The notes below the pieces were generated by a model. It did no database searches. It saw nothing but the letters and a program-made list of their open reading frames with translations, and had not been told where the DNA came from. The position numbers and the translations under genes are program-made. From Mobula hypostoma (taxonomy: Eukaryota), in contig NC_086097.1 in NCBI RefSeq assembly GCF_963921235.1, positions 67,706,001-67,770,000 of the forward strand: a DNA stretch of 64,000 bases. Reading direction: 5' to 3'. Positions 25,001 through 36,679 of the stretch are shown here, in pieces; within the stretch, counting starts at the first letter, position 1; every line of letters starts with the position of its first letter.

Positions 25001-25269
25001 GATAAATTAGATTGCTTGTGGTTTTAGCTCTTTTTTAAAAAAAAATCTAGCTATCAAGTTAAAAAAAAATGAAGAGGGATTGCTTTTAGAAATCTCAGCT
25101 GGTGTACAATGTTACCTTGCCAGCATGGTTTTACTGATTTGCCTTTGGGCCAGGAATTTGAGGCAGAGGTGGAACATACAGTCAGTGCAGAGAAATACAG
25201 TTCCTGCTTAGAAGGTAGGACACAGGAGACCTCATTAATGTTCTGGACCAGAGCCTCCACACTCAGAGG

Positions 25270-25610
25270 TAATTAGGATCTAGCAGGTGATGTCAGCAAC
25301 ATTGCTGTGCATTGTTTCAATAAGCAGGTCACAGGTGAGGGTTTCTTCAACTAAGCATAACAAATGGCAGCAAAAGAAGAACAGCAAGTTCAGGGCTTGC
25401 CAGGACAACAAGCTTTCCCCAGCTGCAGGGCATAATTGACTGCACTCACAGAACCTTACATAGTCCACAGCATCAACAAGAAAGGCTTTCACTCATTAAG
25501 AGCTCAATTGGTGACTCAACAGGCAATGTGTCATGAATATCTGTGTTGATTCCTGGCAGTTCTCCCAGTTCCTTGTTGCTGTGTGAATCCCAAATACTCG
25601 GCACTTTTCC
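25270..25610 (+). pseudogene. PIF/Harbinger (HARBI1-like) transposase remnant
   Basis: FPQLQGIIDCTH (25414-25449), INKKGFHSLRAQLV (from 25472) and PGSSPSSLLLCES correspond to the GAIDCTH, NRKGFHS and PGSxHD motifs; frameshifted. Confidence 0.75.
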
Positions 25611-26194
25611 TGGGCTGGTAACCAAAAATCAACAAAGAACATCTAATTCTATATTGACATTATTTCATTTTATTTTACTGCTTTTACTTATTTGCTAGTT
25701 TTATTGCACTTTGAATTAACTTCATATTACTATTCAAATCAATCTGAGTTATTTTTTAAATGCCCCTGGTGAATAGAGACATTTAAAAACTGCTGAAAAG
25801 CTTTGTGGACAGCCAGTGAGCTCTAGGAGCTGCTTCAAGGATGGGACCTCATGACAGGGATGCCTTTTGCAGTTTGTCTCACATTGAACGCCAGGTTTGG
25901 GAGGCGGAAGTTTAGATGAAAGGGGTAGGGGTTGCCACATGCCCAGCACACATTGCACCTGGAATAGTAAAATAGTTAGGGATTACAGATGATGAATCTG
26001 GAAGCATGGACAATCCAGCTAATAAAAGTTTCTAGGGTTTTGATAGGGTAGAAAGTGGTTGGAAGATATTTTAGCCATCAAGTTCAAAAATTGAAAGGGG
26101 TGGGCAGTTGCTTTCAGAGATGCAGAAAAATCTCAGCTGGTGTACAACGTTACCTTACCGGCATGGTTTTACTGATTTGCCTTTGATTTGACTT

Positions 26195-26300
26195 CTCTTT
26201 CTTTCTGGACCTGATGAAGGGTCTCAGCCCGAAACATTGACTGTTTACTCTTTTCCAGGCCTGGCCTGCTGAGTTCCTCCAGCATTTTGTATGTGTTGCA
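26195..26300 (+). mobile_element. Short Penelope-terminus/hammerhead element
   Basis: CTGATGA-AGGGTCTCAGCCC-GAAAC-ATT-GACTG; stem I is decayed. Confidence 0.85.
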
Positions 26301-28319
26301 TTGGAGGACATTTTCCCCAGTACAGCAAAGAGCAGCAGCAGCCTCAGATAGGAGGGGAGGGGGGAACTGAGGAGCAAAATCATCATCACACACCAGAAAT
26401 ATGCTTCCTGGGAATTCTCTGCCCCAGATGCTGCAGAAAATTTGTTGTTCAGGTTAGTCTAGATATATATCAATAGTTAATTGGATACTAACAGAAGCAA
26501 GCTATTTTGTCATTGGTAGAATTCTTGAATGGTAGAGCAGGATAGAAGACGTGAATGACACATTCCTGCTTTTATTACTTATGTCCTTGCATTTGCCCCA
26601 TATTCCACAGGTTTGCCTGGCAAACAAGGCAACCCCTAAAGTTACCTGGGAAGGATGAAGACACACCAAAGCAGAAAGAAGTGCAAGACACTGAGATAAA
26701 GCATGGACTATTGAGACTACCAATTTCCATTGCTTTTCTGTAACAAACAACAAATATCTTGGTTGAATTCTTCTTGTCCCTCTTTTCCCAATTTCCCTTA
26801 TATTTTCCTGACGTGGAATTTCAGGATGTATATTGTATACATTTCTCCGACATTAAATGCACCTATCGAAACCTATTGAACCTGATTTTTATATCACCAT
26901 GGTTAAAGCCATCACTTCATTAGGTACATCTAAAGAACAAGAAGCCTAATTCCAAACTAAGATGTAAAAAGACTGATGAAAACTTTTAGTTTGTGAAAAT
27001 TCGGTGATGATTAGAAATGACCTTGCCTTTTCAAGACTTGCAAAATGAAAACCTGTTGCTAGTGGTTGGTGAGGTCAAATAACGCTGACTTTGAAGAATT
27101 TATTTGTAACTGTAAGCAGCCAGGTTCACTTATCCCCACCAACTTCCGAGCACATGGGTACCTTGAGTGGCTGTAGGAGATGGAAACATGCTGCCATCTT
27201 TGGATAGCACATTACGTGCCTTTCCATAATAAATTGCCACCTCAACGAATCTGCCCCTCAGCACTCCCGTTGTCCCAATTAACATCAGAATGAAGCAGGG
27301 TGATTAAAACAAAATGAAGACTTCTACTCACACTTTCTTCCAGGATTTACAGCCTGACAAGCTGGAATACAAAACCACAACAGGAATATCAGACTTGTCA
27401 TCAAAGCATGCCAGGCATTGGTATTATCATGGTTGACCACAATTATTCGACGCATAACCAAGTGATCCACTCTCAATTATTGTCTAACATTGAATCAGTC
27501 AGTTTCTTGTATCATTTCAGCGAGGTCTTGATCCAAATGTTCTTCAGTTTAATCTGCCTTGCCACATCTGCCATTGTTACAGGATGATTTAGCTTGACCC
27601 CCAGTGGCACTGAGCGGCTACATCCTCCTGGTAATGTACCCATCAAGCACTTCCAGACTGAATAAAATTCTCATAGTCCTTCTAGGACTTGTTGGCTGCT
27701 GCCTTGCAACAGTGAGCTAACTATGGTAGCTGGCCTCCCTTTAAGGAGTCTTGACTGCTTTATCATGATTTCCTGCCTTGCAAGTTAGTCCATAAACAGC
27801 AGGAGTGATGGTTGGCAGCTTGCCAATCACTGTCAAATGAACCATGGGCCCTTGTCTCACACTGATTGCACTGGGTTTGCATATTAATTATATGCTCATT
27901 GGCAATTAATTTCATCAAATATTTGATGTCTCTTCAATTATTAGTAAAATGTATTTGGAATTATTTGATCTTGCTGTTCCCTGTCTTACCACAAGTACAA
28001 ACTGAAACATTTTCAAATCTTTTCCTATCATTCTCCTTAAGGTCATAGCCCGGGGGAGGGGGGCGCGGTGAGGAAGGGGGAAGGGAGGTACTGGAGATAA
28101 ACTCGCACTTATATTAAATACTCCCAATGGCGTGCATCTCAAATAGCCTCTGACAACCAAGTCCAACTTCTGGCGTTCACATATGGCTGAGTTACTAAGC
28201 CTGGCAGACCATTTCCACTGACTGGAGAAGGGGCAAAGGTTGGTTACTGGCACCTTAATAGCAGTTGCTTCGTGTAAATGGGGAAAGTCTGTTGTGGTTG
28301 GCAGCTCATCATAATTTCA

Positions 28320-28470
28320 AACACAAACATGAGAAAATCTGCAGATGCTGGAAATTCAAGTGACACTCACATAAAATGATGGAGGAACTCAGCAGGCCAG
28401 GCAGCATCTAGGGAAAAGAGTACAGTCGACATTTCGGGCCAAGACCCTTCATCAGGACTGATGAGAAAAA
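28320..28470 (-). mobile_element. Short Penelope-terminus element
   Basis: Family sequence AAACATGAGAAAATCTGCAGATGCTGG...GAGGAACTCAGCAGGCCAGGCAGCATCTA. Confidence 0.88.
28423..28460 (-). ncRNA. Minimal type I hammerhead ribozyme, near intact
   Basis: Minus strand reads CAGUC-CUGAUGA-A-GGGU-CUUG-GCCC-GAAAU-GUC/GACUG. Confidence 0.75.
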
Positions 28471-29247
28471 AAGAATAATTTTTTAAACCTCCATTGCCTT
28501 GTAGCTCTAGTCATTCATGAGGAAGGCTCTGGTAGTAAACCCCGAGGAAAAGTCCGGAGCTGGAGTCACTAAGGCAGTCCAACGCTGAATTCAACACTGA
28601 CTAGCAACTCCTGCGATGCTGCTGGTGCCAAACTGTATCGGCCTCTGCCATTGCTTTGGACTCACAGCTGCATGGAGAGGGGGAGTCTGCTGCACGGGCA
28701 ACAGCTTGCTCTCCGTATCGTACTGCTCTGGCTTGTGTGTCGACTTTGACAGCAAGGATGCACGAACAATGGTTGACCTCGACCAACCGAGGGCCATCCA
28801 AGAGAATTTCACTCTAAAATAGTTGCAATGAGCAATACCATGTGGGTGTGGGAAATTCTGATTCTGTCCAATTGAAACTTCACAGGGGAAGACAATGGAT
28901 GAATATTCCTGCCATTAGAACAGCTGTCTTCCTGCCACTTAATGCACAGTTTAGAAAAGATTTGTTTTATTGCTTAACTTTCTAGTCAGTTGTATGTCCA
29001 TGGAGTGATCCTTCAACACTATAACAAAAGAGGTATATTTGGGTCTGTTGTATTCAAGAGACTTTTGGAACAGACACTAGCATTAAATATTCAGAGAGGT
29101 TCCACTAGTTGCGATGTGCTACCATTAGAAACAAGCGATTTTGTAACTTTACCTGACTATATTCAAAATGTTAAAGTTAAATTAACTGCAGTTCATCATT
29201 TATTGTTTTGTGGTGAAAAGTATAAAACGTGTCAGGAGAGTAAATTT

Positions 29248-29580
29248 TAGAAACATAGAAAAACCTATAGGCCATTTGGCCCACAATGCTGTGCCGAACA
29301 CGCACAGTACTTACTTTAGAAATTACCTAGGGTTACCTTTAGTCCTCTATTTTTCTAAGCTCCCTGTACCTATCCAGGAGTCTCTTAAAAGACCCTATCG
29401 TATCCACCTCCATCACCGTTGCCGGCAGCCCATTCCATACACTCACCACTCTCTGTGCAAAAAAATTACCCCTGACATCTCCTCTGTACTTACTTCCAAG
29501 CACCTTAAAACTTAGCCATTTCAGAGCTGGGAAAAAGCCTCTGACTATCCACACGATCAATGCCTCTCATCATCTTGTAC
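29248..29580 (-). mobile_element. CR1 3' fragment
   Basis: YRGDVRGNFFAQRVVSVWNGLP; (TTTCTATG)-type tail. Confidence 0.88.
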
Positions 29581-29932
29581 GTTTTCTTCCTGGAGGTTTG
29601 CTGTGTGAATAAAGACTTTTATGTTTCCCATATCAGTTTCCGTGTGGCTCAGTGTTAGTCCGTCACATCAGTTGCAATGAACAAATAGTATAAAACACCA
29701 TTTTCCAGCTATCAACATGTACATTTGCCATGAGGCCCCAAACTTATGAGCAATAAAACTCATTCTGCTCAAGCACTCAAACATCAGTTATTACAATATT
29801 CCTCGAGCATCTCCACTCCATCCGCAAAAGCAGACTTTTCCGGTGGCCAACCAATTTAATTCCTATCCCCATTCCAACATGTCCAAATTTTGTAGTTTTT
29901 CTTTTCTTTGCTACTTTGAAATTCCCCAGAAG

Positions 29933-30123
29933 GGAAGTGTACTGTTCCCAGAGGCAATGCAATACCAGGTCGATGCGTGGAGTGGAAGGAGCAAGCCCCT
30001 ATTCCATCTCCCTGTTCCAAAAAATCAATTTAACATATGGTCCCCAGATAAGGGACGTATCAGATATTAAACTGATAAGAACAGATACTACACTTGATCT
30101 TAGCCAAAAGGCCGAGAAGCAAT
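29933..30123 (-). ncRNA. RNU2: U2 spliceosomal snRNA, full-length copy (probable retroposed pseudogene)
   Basis: Minus strand reads ATTGCTTCTCGGCCTTTTGGCTAAGATCAAGTGTAGTATCTGTTCTTATCAGTTTAATATCTGATACG...Sm site ATTTTTTG...CCTGGTATTGCA...AACAGTACAC. It sits inside repeats and has a TSD. Confidence 0.97.
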
Positions 30124-30134
30124 TGACATGTCCA

Positions 30135-32172
30135 AGTTTCAAAGCAAATTTATTACCAAAGTACATATATGTCAACATATACAACCCTGAGATTCATTTT
30201 CTTGTGGAAATACTCAATAAATCCAATAACCACAATAGAATCAATAAAAGACCACACTAACAGGGTGTACAACCAGCGTACAAAAAGACAACAAACTATG
30301 CAAATACAAGAATAAATAATGATAATAATAAATATAAATTAATTAGCAATACACATCGAGAACATAAGATGAATAAAACATAGAACATAGAAATTTACAG
30401 CACATTACGGGCCCTTCAGCCCACAATGTTGTGCCAACCATGTAACCTACTCTAGAAACTGCCTAGAATTTCCCTATCGCATAGCGCTCTATTTTTCTAA
30501 GCTCCATGTACCTATCTAAGAGGCTCTTAAAAGACCCTATTGTATCTGCTTCCACCAACACTGTCAGCATTGCATTCCATGAATCCACCACTCTCTGTGT
30601 GAAAAACTTACCCCTGACATCCCCTCGGTATCTGTTTCCAAGCATCTTAAAACTATGACCCTTTGAGGTAGCCATTTCGGCCCTCGGAAAAAGCCTCTGG
30701 CTATCCACATGATCAATGCCCCTCATCATCTTATATACCTCTATCAGGTCACCTCTCATCCTTCATCGCTCCAAGGAGAAAAGGCCAAGTTCACTCAACC
30801 TATTCTCATAAGGTACACCCTCCAATCCAGGCAACATCCTTGTAAATCTCCTCTGCACTCTCTCTATCCTATGCACGTCCTTTCTGTAGTGAGGTGACCA
30901 GAACTGAACACAGTACTCGAAGAGCCCTTAAAAGTGAGTGCATAGGTTGTGGGAACATTTCAGTGATGGGGCAAATGAAATTGAATAAAGTTACCCACTT
31001 TGGTTCAAGAGTCTGATGGTTGAGGGGTAATAACTGTTTCAGAATTTGGTGGTGTGAGTTCTGAGGCTCCTGTACCTTCTTCCTGAAGGCAGCAGCGAGA
31101 AGACAGCATGACCAGGGTGGTGGGGTCCCTGATGATGGATGCTGCTTTTCCTGCAACAACACTTCATGTAGGTGTGCTCAATGGTGGGAAGGGCTTTACC
31201 TTTGATGGACTGGGCCATATCCACTACTTTTTGTAGGATTTTCTGTTCAAGGGAATTAGTGTTTCTATACCAGGCTGTGATGCAGCCTGTCAATATACTC
31301 TTGACCACACATCTATAGTAGTTCATCAAAGTTTTGGATGTCATGCCGAATCTCCACAATCTCCTATGGAAGTAGAGGTACTGCTGTGCTTTCTTCATCA
31401 TTGCACTTGTTCTGGGCCCAGGTCAGGCCCTCTGAGGAATTTAAAGTTGCTGACCTTCTCCATCTCTGACACCCTGATAAGAACTGCCTCATAGATCTCT
31501 GGTTTCCTCTTACTGAGGTCAATAATCAGCTCCTTGGTCTTACTGACATTGAGGGAGAGATTGTTGTTGTGACACCACTCAGTCAGATTTTCAATCTCCC
31601 TCCTACATGCTGATTCATCACCACATTTGATTCAGCCTACGACAGTGGTGTTGTCTGCAAAGTTGAATATAGCATTGGAGCTGTGTTCAGCCACACAGTC
31701 ATGAGAGTAAAGTGAGTAGAGCAGGGGCTAAGCACACAGCCTTGTGGTGCACCTGTGCTGATGGAGATTGTGGAGGAGATGTGGATGCCAATCCAAACTG
31801 ACTAAGGTCTGCAAGTAAGGAAATCGAGGATCCAATTGCACAGGGATGTATTGGTGCCAAGTCTTTGAAGCTTATTGGTTAGTTTTGGGGGGATGATAGT
31901 ATTGAATGCTGAGCTGTAGTCGATAAAGAGCATCCTGATGTATTCATTTTTGCTGTCCAGGTGTTCCAGGGTTGAGTGAAGAGCCATCTGCTGTGGACCT
32001 GTTGAGCCTGTCGGCAAATTGGAGCGGATCCAAGTCACTTCTCTGGCAGGAGTTAATGTGTTTCATCACCAACCTCTCAAAACACTTTTTCACTGTGGAT
32101 GCAATTGCTACTGGACAATAGTCATTGAGGCAGGTTACTGTATTTTTCTTGGGTAATGCTTGAAGCAGGCTT
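30135..32172 (-). mobile_element. Rex1/Babar-like LINE, 5'-truncated
   Basis: [40 protein letters not shown]...FSLLPSGRRYRSLR. Tail AAGTTTCAAAGCAAATTTATT at the left end. Confidence 0.9.
30375..30920 (-). mobile_element. CR1 3' fragment nested in the Rex1 3' UTR
   Basis: MRGDLIEVYKMMRGIDHVDSQRLFP...FFTQRVVDSWN; tail AACATAGAACATAGAA. Confidence 0.9.
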
Positions 32173-33029
32173 CAATTATACTATCCACGTCCTCCTCTTT
32201 TGCCATGATGTGATCACCCCAAGGGTGGAGGAACAACACCTCATATTCTGTCTAGGTAGCTTCCAACCTCATGGCATGAACATCCATTTCTCCTTCTGAT
32301 AATTTTTCTCCTTTACTCTTCCATTCCCCAATCTGGCCCCCTTCCTCTCCTCTTCATCTGCCGATCAACTACCCTGGCGTCCCCCTACCTTCCTTTCCCT
32401 CTGGTGCACTCTCCTTTCCAATCAGATTCCTTCTTCTCCAGACCTTTACCTTTCCCACCCACCCGGCTTCACCTATCACCTAACAGCTGGTCCCCCTTCC
32501 CTTTCCCTTCACCTTTTTGATTCTGGCATTTTCTCCCTTCCTTTCCTGTGTTGATGAAGGGTCTCAGCCGAAACACTGACTGTTTATTCACCTGCATAGA
32601 TGCTATCTGACTTACCGAGCACCTCCAGTATTTTGCGTGTGTTGCTTTGGATTTCCAGCATCTACAGAATCTCTTGTGTTTATTGGATCCCTCTACCAAT
32701 GGCACATCTTATACCTTCCATAACCTAGATCTCATCGTTGGTGCCCATGTCTTTTCAGAGTGATGGAATCAAATTGAATAATCATCATTGTTCAGTGATC
32801 TACAGGGGCTTCAAGTCAAGCTGAATTCCAATTCTGAAATTCCCAGTCTTGCTTACATTTCCCTTGATAGTCTCACCTCTTCATAAGCTTGTCTACACGC
32901 ACAATCAACTTGATTCATGCAGTTCCTGAAATCTAACCTCTCACTCCACGACAATTTTCTTTTATCTATCATTGGCACCTTTGCCTTTACCTGAACAAGC
33001 TTGATATCTTACAGAATGGAGATGATGGA

Positions 33030-33235
33030 ATTTGGAGCAACAAGCAATATTCCTGGAGGAATTGAAGGGGTCAAGCAGCATCTATGGGGAGAAGATAATC
33101 ATTTCTATTTCAAGTTGAAATCACACAAGCATCCTAATGCAGGTTTCAACTTGACACATCGACAATTCCTTACCCACCATCCTCAAATGCTGTTCAACCC
33201 ATTTACAGTCTGCAGTAGATTGCTTGTGACACTAA
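33030..33235. repeat. Old diverged inverted pair related to the Penelope-terminus family
   Basis: CTGGAGGAATTGAAGGGGTCAAGCAGCATCTATGG, then TTTCAAGTTGAAA / TTTCAACTTGACA, then ATGCTGTTCAACCC. Confidence 0.5.
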
Positions 33236-33319
33236 ATCTCTTCTCCTTTAACATCTTCCTCAAAGTTATTTGTCTTAGTATTTCCCAGTGCCAGCTTTGC
33301 TTTATTAGCTAACCTACAT

Positions 33320-33620
33320 TTATTTATTTATGTATTTTGCGATACAGCGCAGAGTTGGCTTTTCCGGCTCTCTGAGTCATGCCGCACCAGCAACCCCTGA
33401 CAAACCCAGTTAACCCTAACCTAATCATTGGGCAATTTACAATGACCAATTAACCTTCCCAGTACCTCTTTGGACTGAGAGAGGAAACCAGAGAACCTGG
33501 AGAAAACTCACGCATTCCATGGGGAAGGCGTACAGAGACCCCTTAGAGAACAGCGCCAGAATTAACTCGGAACTCCGGAACGCCCCGAGCTGTAAGTGTT
33601 GTGCTAACCACTACGCTATA
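33320..33620 (-). mobile_element. V-SINE (HE1-like)
   Basis: Minus strand: TAGCGTAGTGGTTAGCAC A-box; core CTGGTTTCCTCTCTCAGTCCAAAGA...TTAATTGGTCATTGTAAATTG; (TAAA)n tail. Confidence 0.85.
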
Positions 33621-33817
33621 AAGTGCCATGGGATATTTTGCTATGTTAATGACCCTTTTATAAATGCAGGTAAATATAATTAAATCAGATTGTGTTTGAA
33701 TCAGAGCAAAATCCAATCAAATATTCACCAAATGCCCAAGGCTATAACAGCTATGATTTAAAGCACTGGAAGGCATTTTGTGTTGTTGTTGAAAACTGCA
33801 GGTTGGAAGTTTGAAAT

Positions 33818-34050
33818 AAAGTGGATTCCAGTTGATTGGGACACATCGGGACCAATACATTTTGGCCCAATTAAGCAGCTGCCTCAATTAGCCGATGTTG
33901 GGTAGAAATAGTTACAAAAGGTATAAAAAAAGACAAACTGAGTAACAAATTATGTATTTAAATGAAATATAGAATAAATTAGAACCCACCAAAACTACTA
34001 TAGTACCATGAAACTGTGTAATAAATCCTAATAGTTATCAATGGAGGTAT
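33818..34050 (+). mobile_element. Terminal fragment of a pogo/Tigger-like DNA transposon (similar terminus at 34768-34930)
   Basis: AGTGGATTCCAGTTGATTGGG resembles TACAGTGGATTCTGGTTAATTGGG (TA plus CAGT start). Confidence 0.5.
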
Positions 34051-34059
34051 TCATTCAAA

Positions 34060-34645
34060 GAAAAGATGGAGCTGGCGACCAATGCGACATTTTGCAAACA
34101 GCTCACAAAATTACCAGATACTCTGCGAGATGTACGTCTTCTCATAGACTGCAATTGCTGTAGTCTGCAGCCTGTAATTTCCCTTTTGAGGAAATTACTT
34201 TTTTTTTTACTTTTGAACCATCTGAGCGATCTGGAGCTTTTGCATTCTCCTGGGGGATTCAGTGAACTAGACTCTCGAAAGTGCAGATACGGCTGGGGTG
34301 GCAATTGCTGGAGGTGGACACTGAGTTAAGGCCTGATATCGAAAGATGAGCCCGTGGTTGGCTCCATTACACCAGGGTGATTAAAGCATCGAGCAAGATT
34401 AAAACTGTCGAGGATGAGAGTGGAAAACAATCAGGTGTTCAGAACCAACTGCTTGTGTTTTATCGGTCTCCCCCTTTTCTTGCTACTACTGTCAGGTGGA
34501 AGGTGCAGGACTCTTGGGTCCCACACCACCAGGTTTAGAGCAGTTGTTGCCCTGAAGTCATTCGGCTCCTGGACTGGCTTCACTCACCTCGGCGCTGACT
34601 GGCTCCATGGCCACGGACTCACTTTCTGGGACTCTGCAGTTTAAC
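34060..34645 (+). repeat. Non-coding repeat ending in Rex1-like 3' sequence
   Basis: Starts AAGATGGAGC. From ~34470 it reads LLLLSGGRCRTLGSHTTRFR, the Rex1 C-terminus. Confidence 0.5.
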
Positions 34646-34974
34646 TTGCATGTGTTTTTGTCACATAATCTGTCATTTCATGTGGACAGCTTTATGGTAT
34701 TCGGTAAAGAAAGACAAAGCAAATTTAAAACAGAAAAGTTGGTACAGTTTTCTTTTGTGTGTTAAACTACAGTGGATTCTGGTTAATTGGGTTGTCAGTT
34801 AATTGGGCAACTACTTATTTGGGACAACCCTTGAAGAACAAAAGCAAACTGAGAAAAAAGCATGGATTTCCTTTTTTTTTCGGGACTCTATACCTCTTAA
34901 ATGGGGCAGGTGACTGTAGCCAAAAATTTTTCAACATCATGTGATCATTAGACATAGCACAGAAATTCTGTCAT

Positions 34975-35250
34975 GGGTACCATGGTAGCATTATGGTTAG
35001 TGCAACATTATTATAGCTAGGGGTGTTGTAGTTTGGAGTTAAATCCCCATGCCCTCTGTAAGGAGTCTCTGCACATCCACCTTGTGAAATGCATGGGTAC
35101 TCCGGTTTCCTCTCACAGTCCAAAGACGTACCAGATAGGTTAATTCGTCATTGTAAATTGTCCTGTGATTAGGTTGGGGATAAACGGGTTGCTCGGGGTT
35201 GCTTGGCCATCTGGCTTGAAGGATTGAAGCTCTAAATAAATAAAATTTTA
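34975..35250 (+). mobile_element. V-SINE (HE1-like)
   Basis: GGTAGCATTATGGTTAG A-box-like; TACTCCGGTTTCCTCTCACAGTCCAAAGACGTAC core; TAAATAAATAAA tail. Confidence 0.85.
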
Positions 35251-35531
35251 AAAAACAAAATAGGTTTCAGTACCAGGTTACTAACGCAAGTCAAATATTC
35301 ATTCCTATAGTACCGGCTTGCCCTCAGGTAGTGCTAACACCTTGAAGTACGGAAGAAAAATCAGCTACTGCTGCAGGCCTGCAAAGACCAGATTTTAATA
35401 GGAATGTAATTCCTGATACACTTGGAAATTGATTCTCCAATTTCACGTAGGAAAACTGGAAGAAAAACTGCATATAGTAATGCAGTCTCTGAATTACTAT
35501 ATCATTATGATCTCAAACAGTTATCAATGGT

Positions 35532-35632
35532 GCAACACACACAAAATGCTGGAGGAACTCAGCAGCCCGGGCAGCATCTATGGAAAAGAGTAAACAGTTG
35601 ACATTTTGGGTCGAGACCTTTCATCAGGACTG
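35532..35632 (-). mobile_element. Short Penelope-terminus/hammerhead element (GAAA mutated to AAAA)
   Basis: Minus strand CAGTC-CTGATGA-AAGGTCTCGACCC-AAAAT-GTC-AACTG. Confidence 0.85.
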
Positions 35633-36679
35633 GCCAAAATGATGATGCTTGGCCCAATTTTAATTCCATTATTTAAAGATGCACTACAAGCATACAAAAT
35701 TGGGCCTGCGATAGTGAGCCAAATCACAACTGCAATAGAGATGAGGGAGTAAAGGCTGAGCTTTGGTTCAGAAATGCTATTCTGGATCTGATTTTACACG
35801 GATCAGATTATGAAGACCTGAGAGACAGTCCTTACTTTACAGATATGAAAAGGAAGCTTTCTATTGAAATAAAGGAGGCACAGTTGGAGACTGCCATTGA
35901 GGTCAGTACTAACAGTTTAATGACCTAACCAGAGTAAAGGTGAGAGTATTTGCAATCACTTAATTCACCTAGTATGTAGGTACCTCGCCAATCCTTTCAC
36001 TGTTAATTCTACTTTGGTATATCATATTCACAGCAATTTACTTTGCAGGTGCACTCATTCCTTTTAATCAGTGGACCCCCTCTCACCCCACCTGTACCCT
36101 CTACTTTATAAAGTCATGTTTCCTTCCTGATCACCCCCAAGAAATGCTTTTCTATTTATTTCTTCAACACTTTGTGCCGTTTTCACTCTTATGCTCCTTT
36201 TTCTCCATTCTTGCAAGAAAGGAAGACAGAGAGAGGGACTGCCTGCAGCCAGTTCTCAATTGGCATCTGCAAAGCTACTGCTACATATCCTCCGGAGATG
36301 GAGCTACTTAATAACCTTTTGACAGAGTTAACTATCAAACAACTACATGAGTTTGTTGTCTTCTGTGTGAATCATTTATTTTCATCAGTTCATGGGCAGC
36401 AGTTGTTTCTGGGAAGCCAGCATTTATTGTGCGTCCCTCATTACATATTTTTTAAAAAAGGCATCGGCGAGGCACCTTCACAAATTGCTGCAGTTTGTTT
36501 GATTGAGTGATTAATGATTACTTTTAGCATTTTTGCTCTGAAATCCTAATTCGTGTTTTTAATCTTCCACAAGGAGTTGAAACATCCCAAAGGCAGTGGT
36601 CCAGTGAGATGATGGTGACTGCTCAGAGAAGGTCACGCATTCCAGGGCTGTACTCTGCATGTTGATCATACACCAGCTT

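Larger units (their letters stand above)
28046..28800 (+). repeat. Unclassified GC-richer interspersed repeat (possibly RTE-type 5' region or SINE), interrupted by a hammerhead element
   Basis: Composition shift and CpG content; no recognisable peptide. Family assignment is not supported. Confidence 0.4.
29795..32690 (+). mobile_element. Penelope-like element 3' end, split by U2, Rex1 and CR1 insertions (own sequence ~29795-29885 and ~32180-32690)
   Basis: EHLHSIRK..FPVANQFNSYPHSNMS resumes as IHVLLFCHDVITPRVEEQHLIFCLGSFQPHGMNIHFS*. A pyrimidine-rich UTR and the terminal hammerhead unit follow at 32545-32685. Confidence 0.8.

Noticed and set aside
28140..28260. HDV-like ribozyme in the unclassified repeat
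   Set aside because: I could not assign consistent P1/P3/P1.1 pairings by eye in this copy.
29933..30123. Functional U2 gene, or a U2-targeting Keno/Utopia retrotransposon insertion
   Set aside because: The upstream sequence is LINE tail with no PSE and the copy is TSD-flanked. The U2 sequence is uninterrupted, so nothing is inserted in it.
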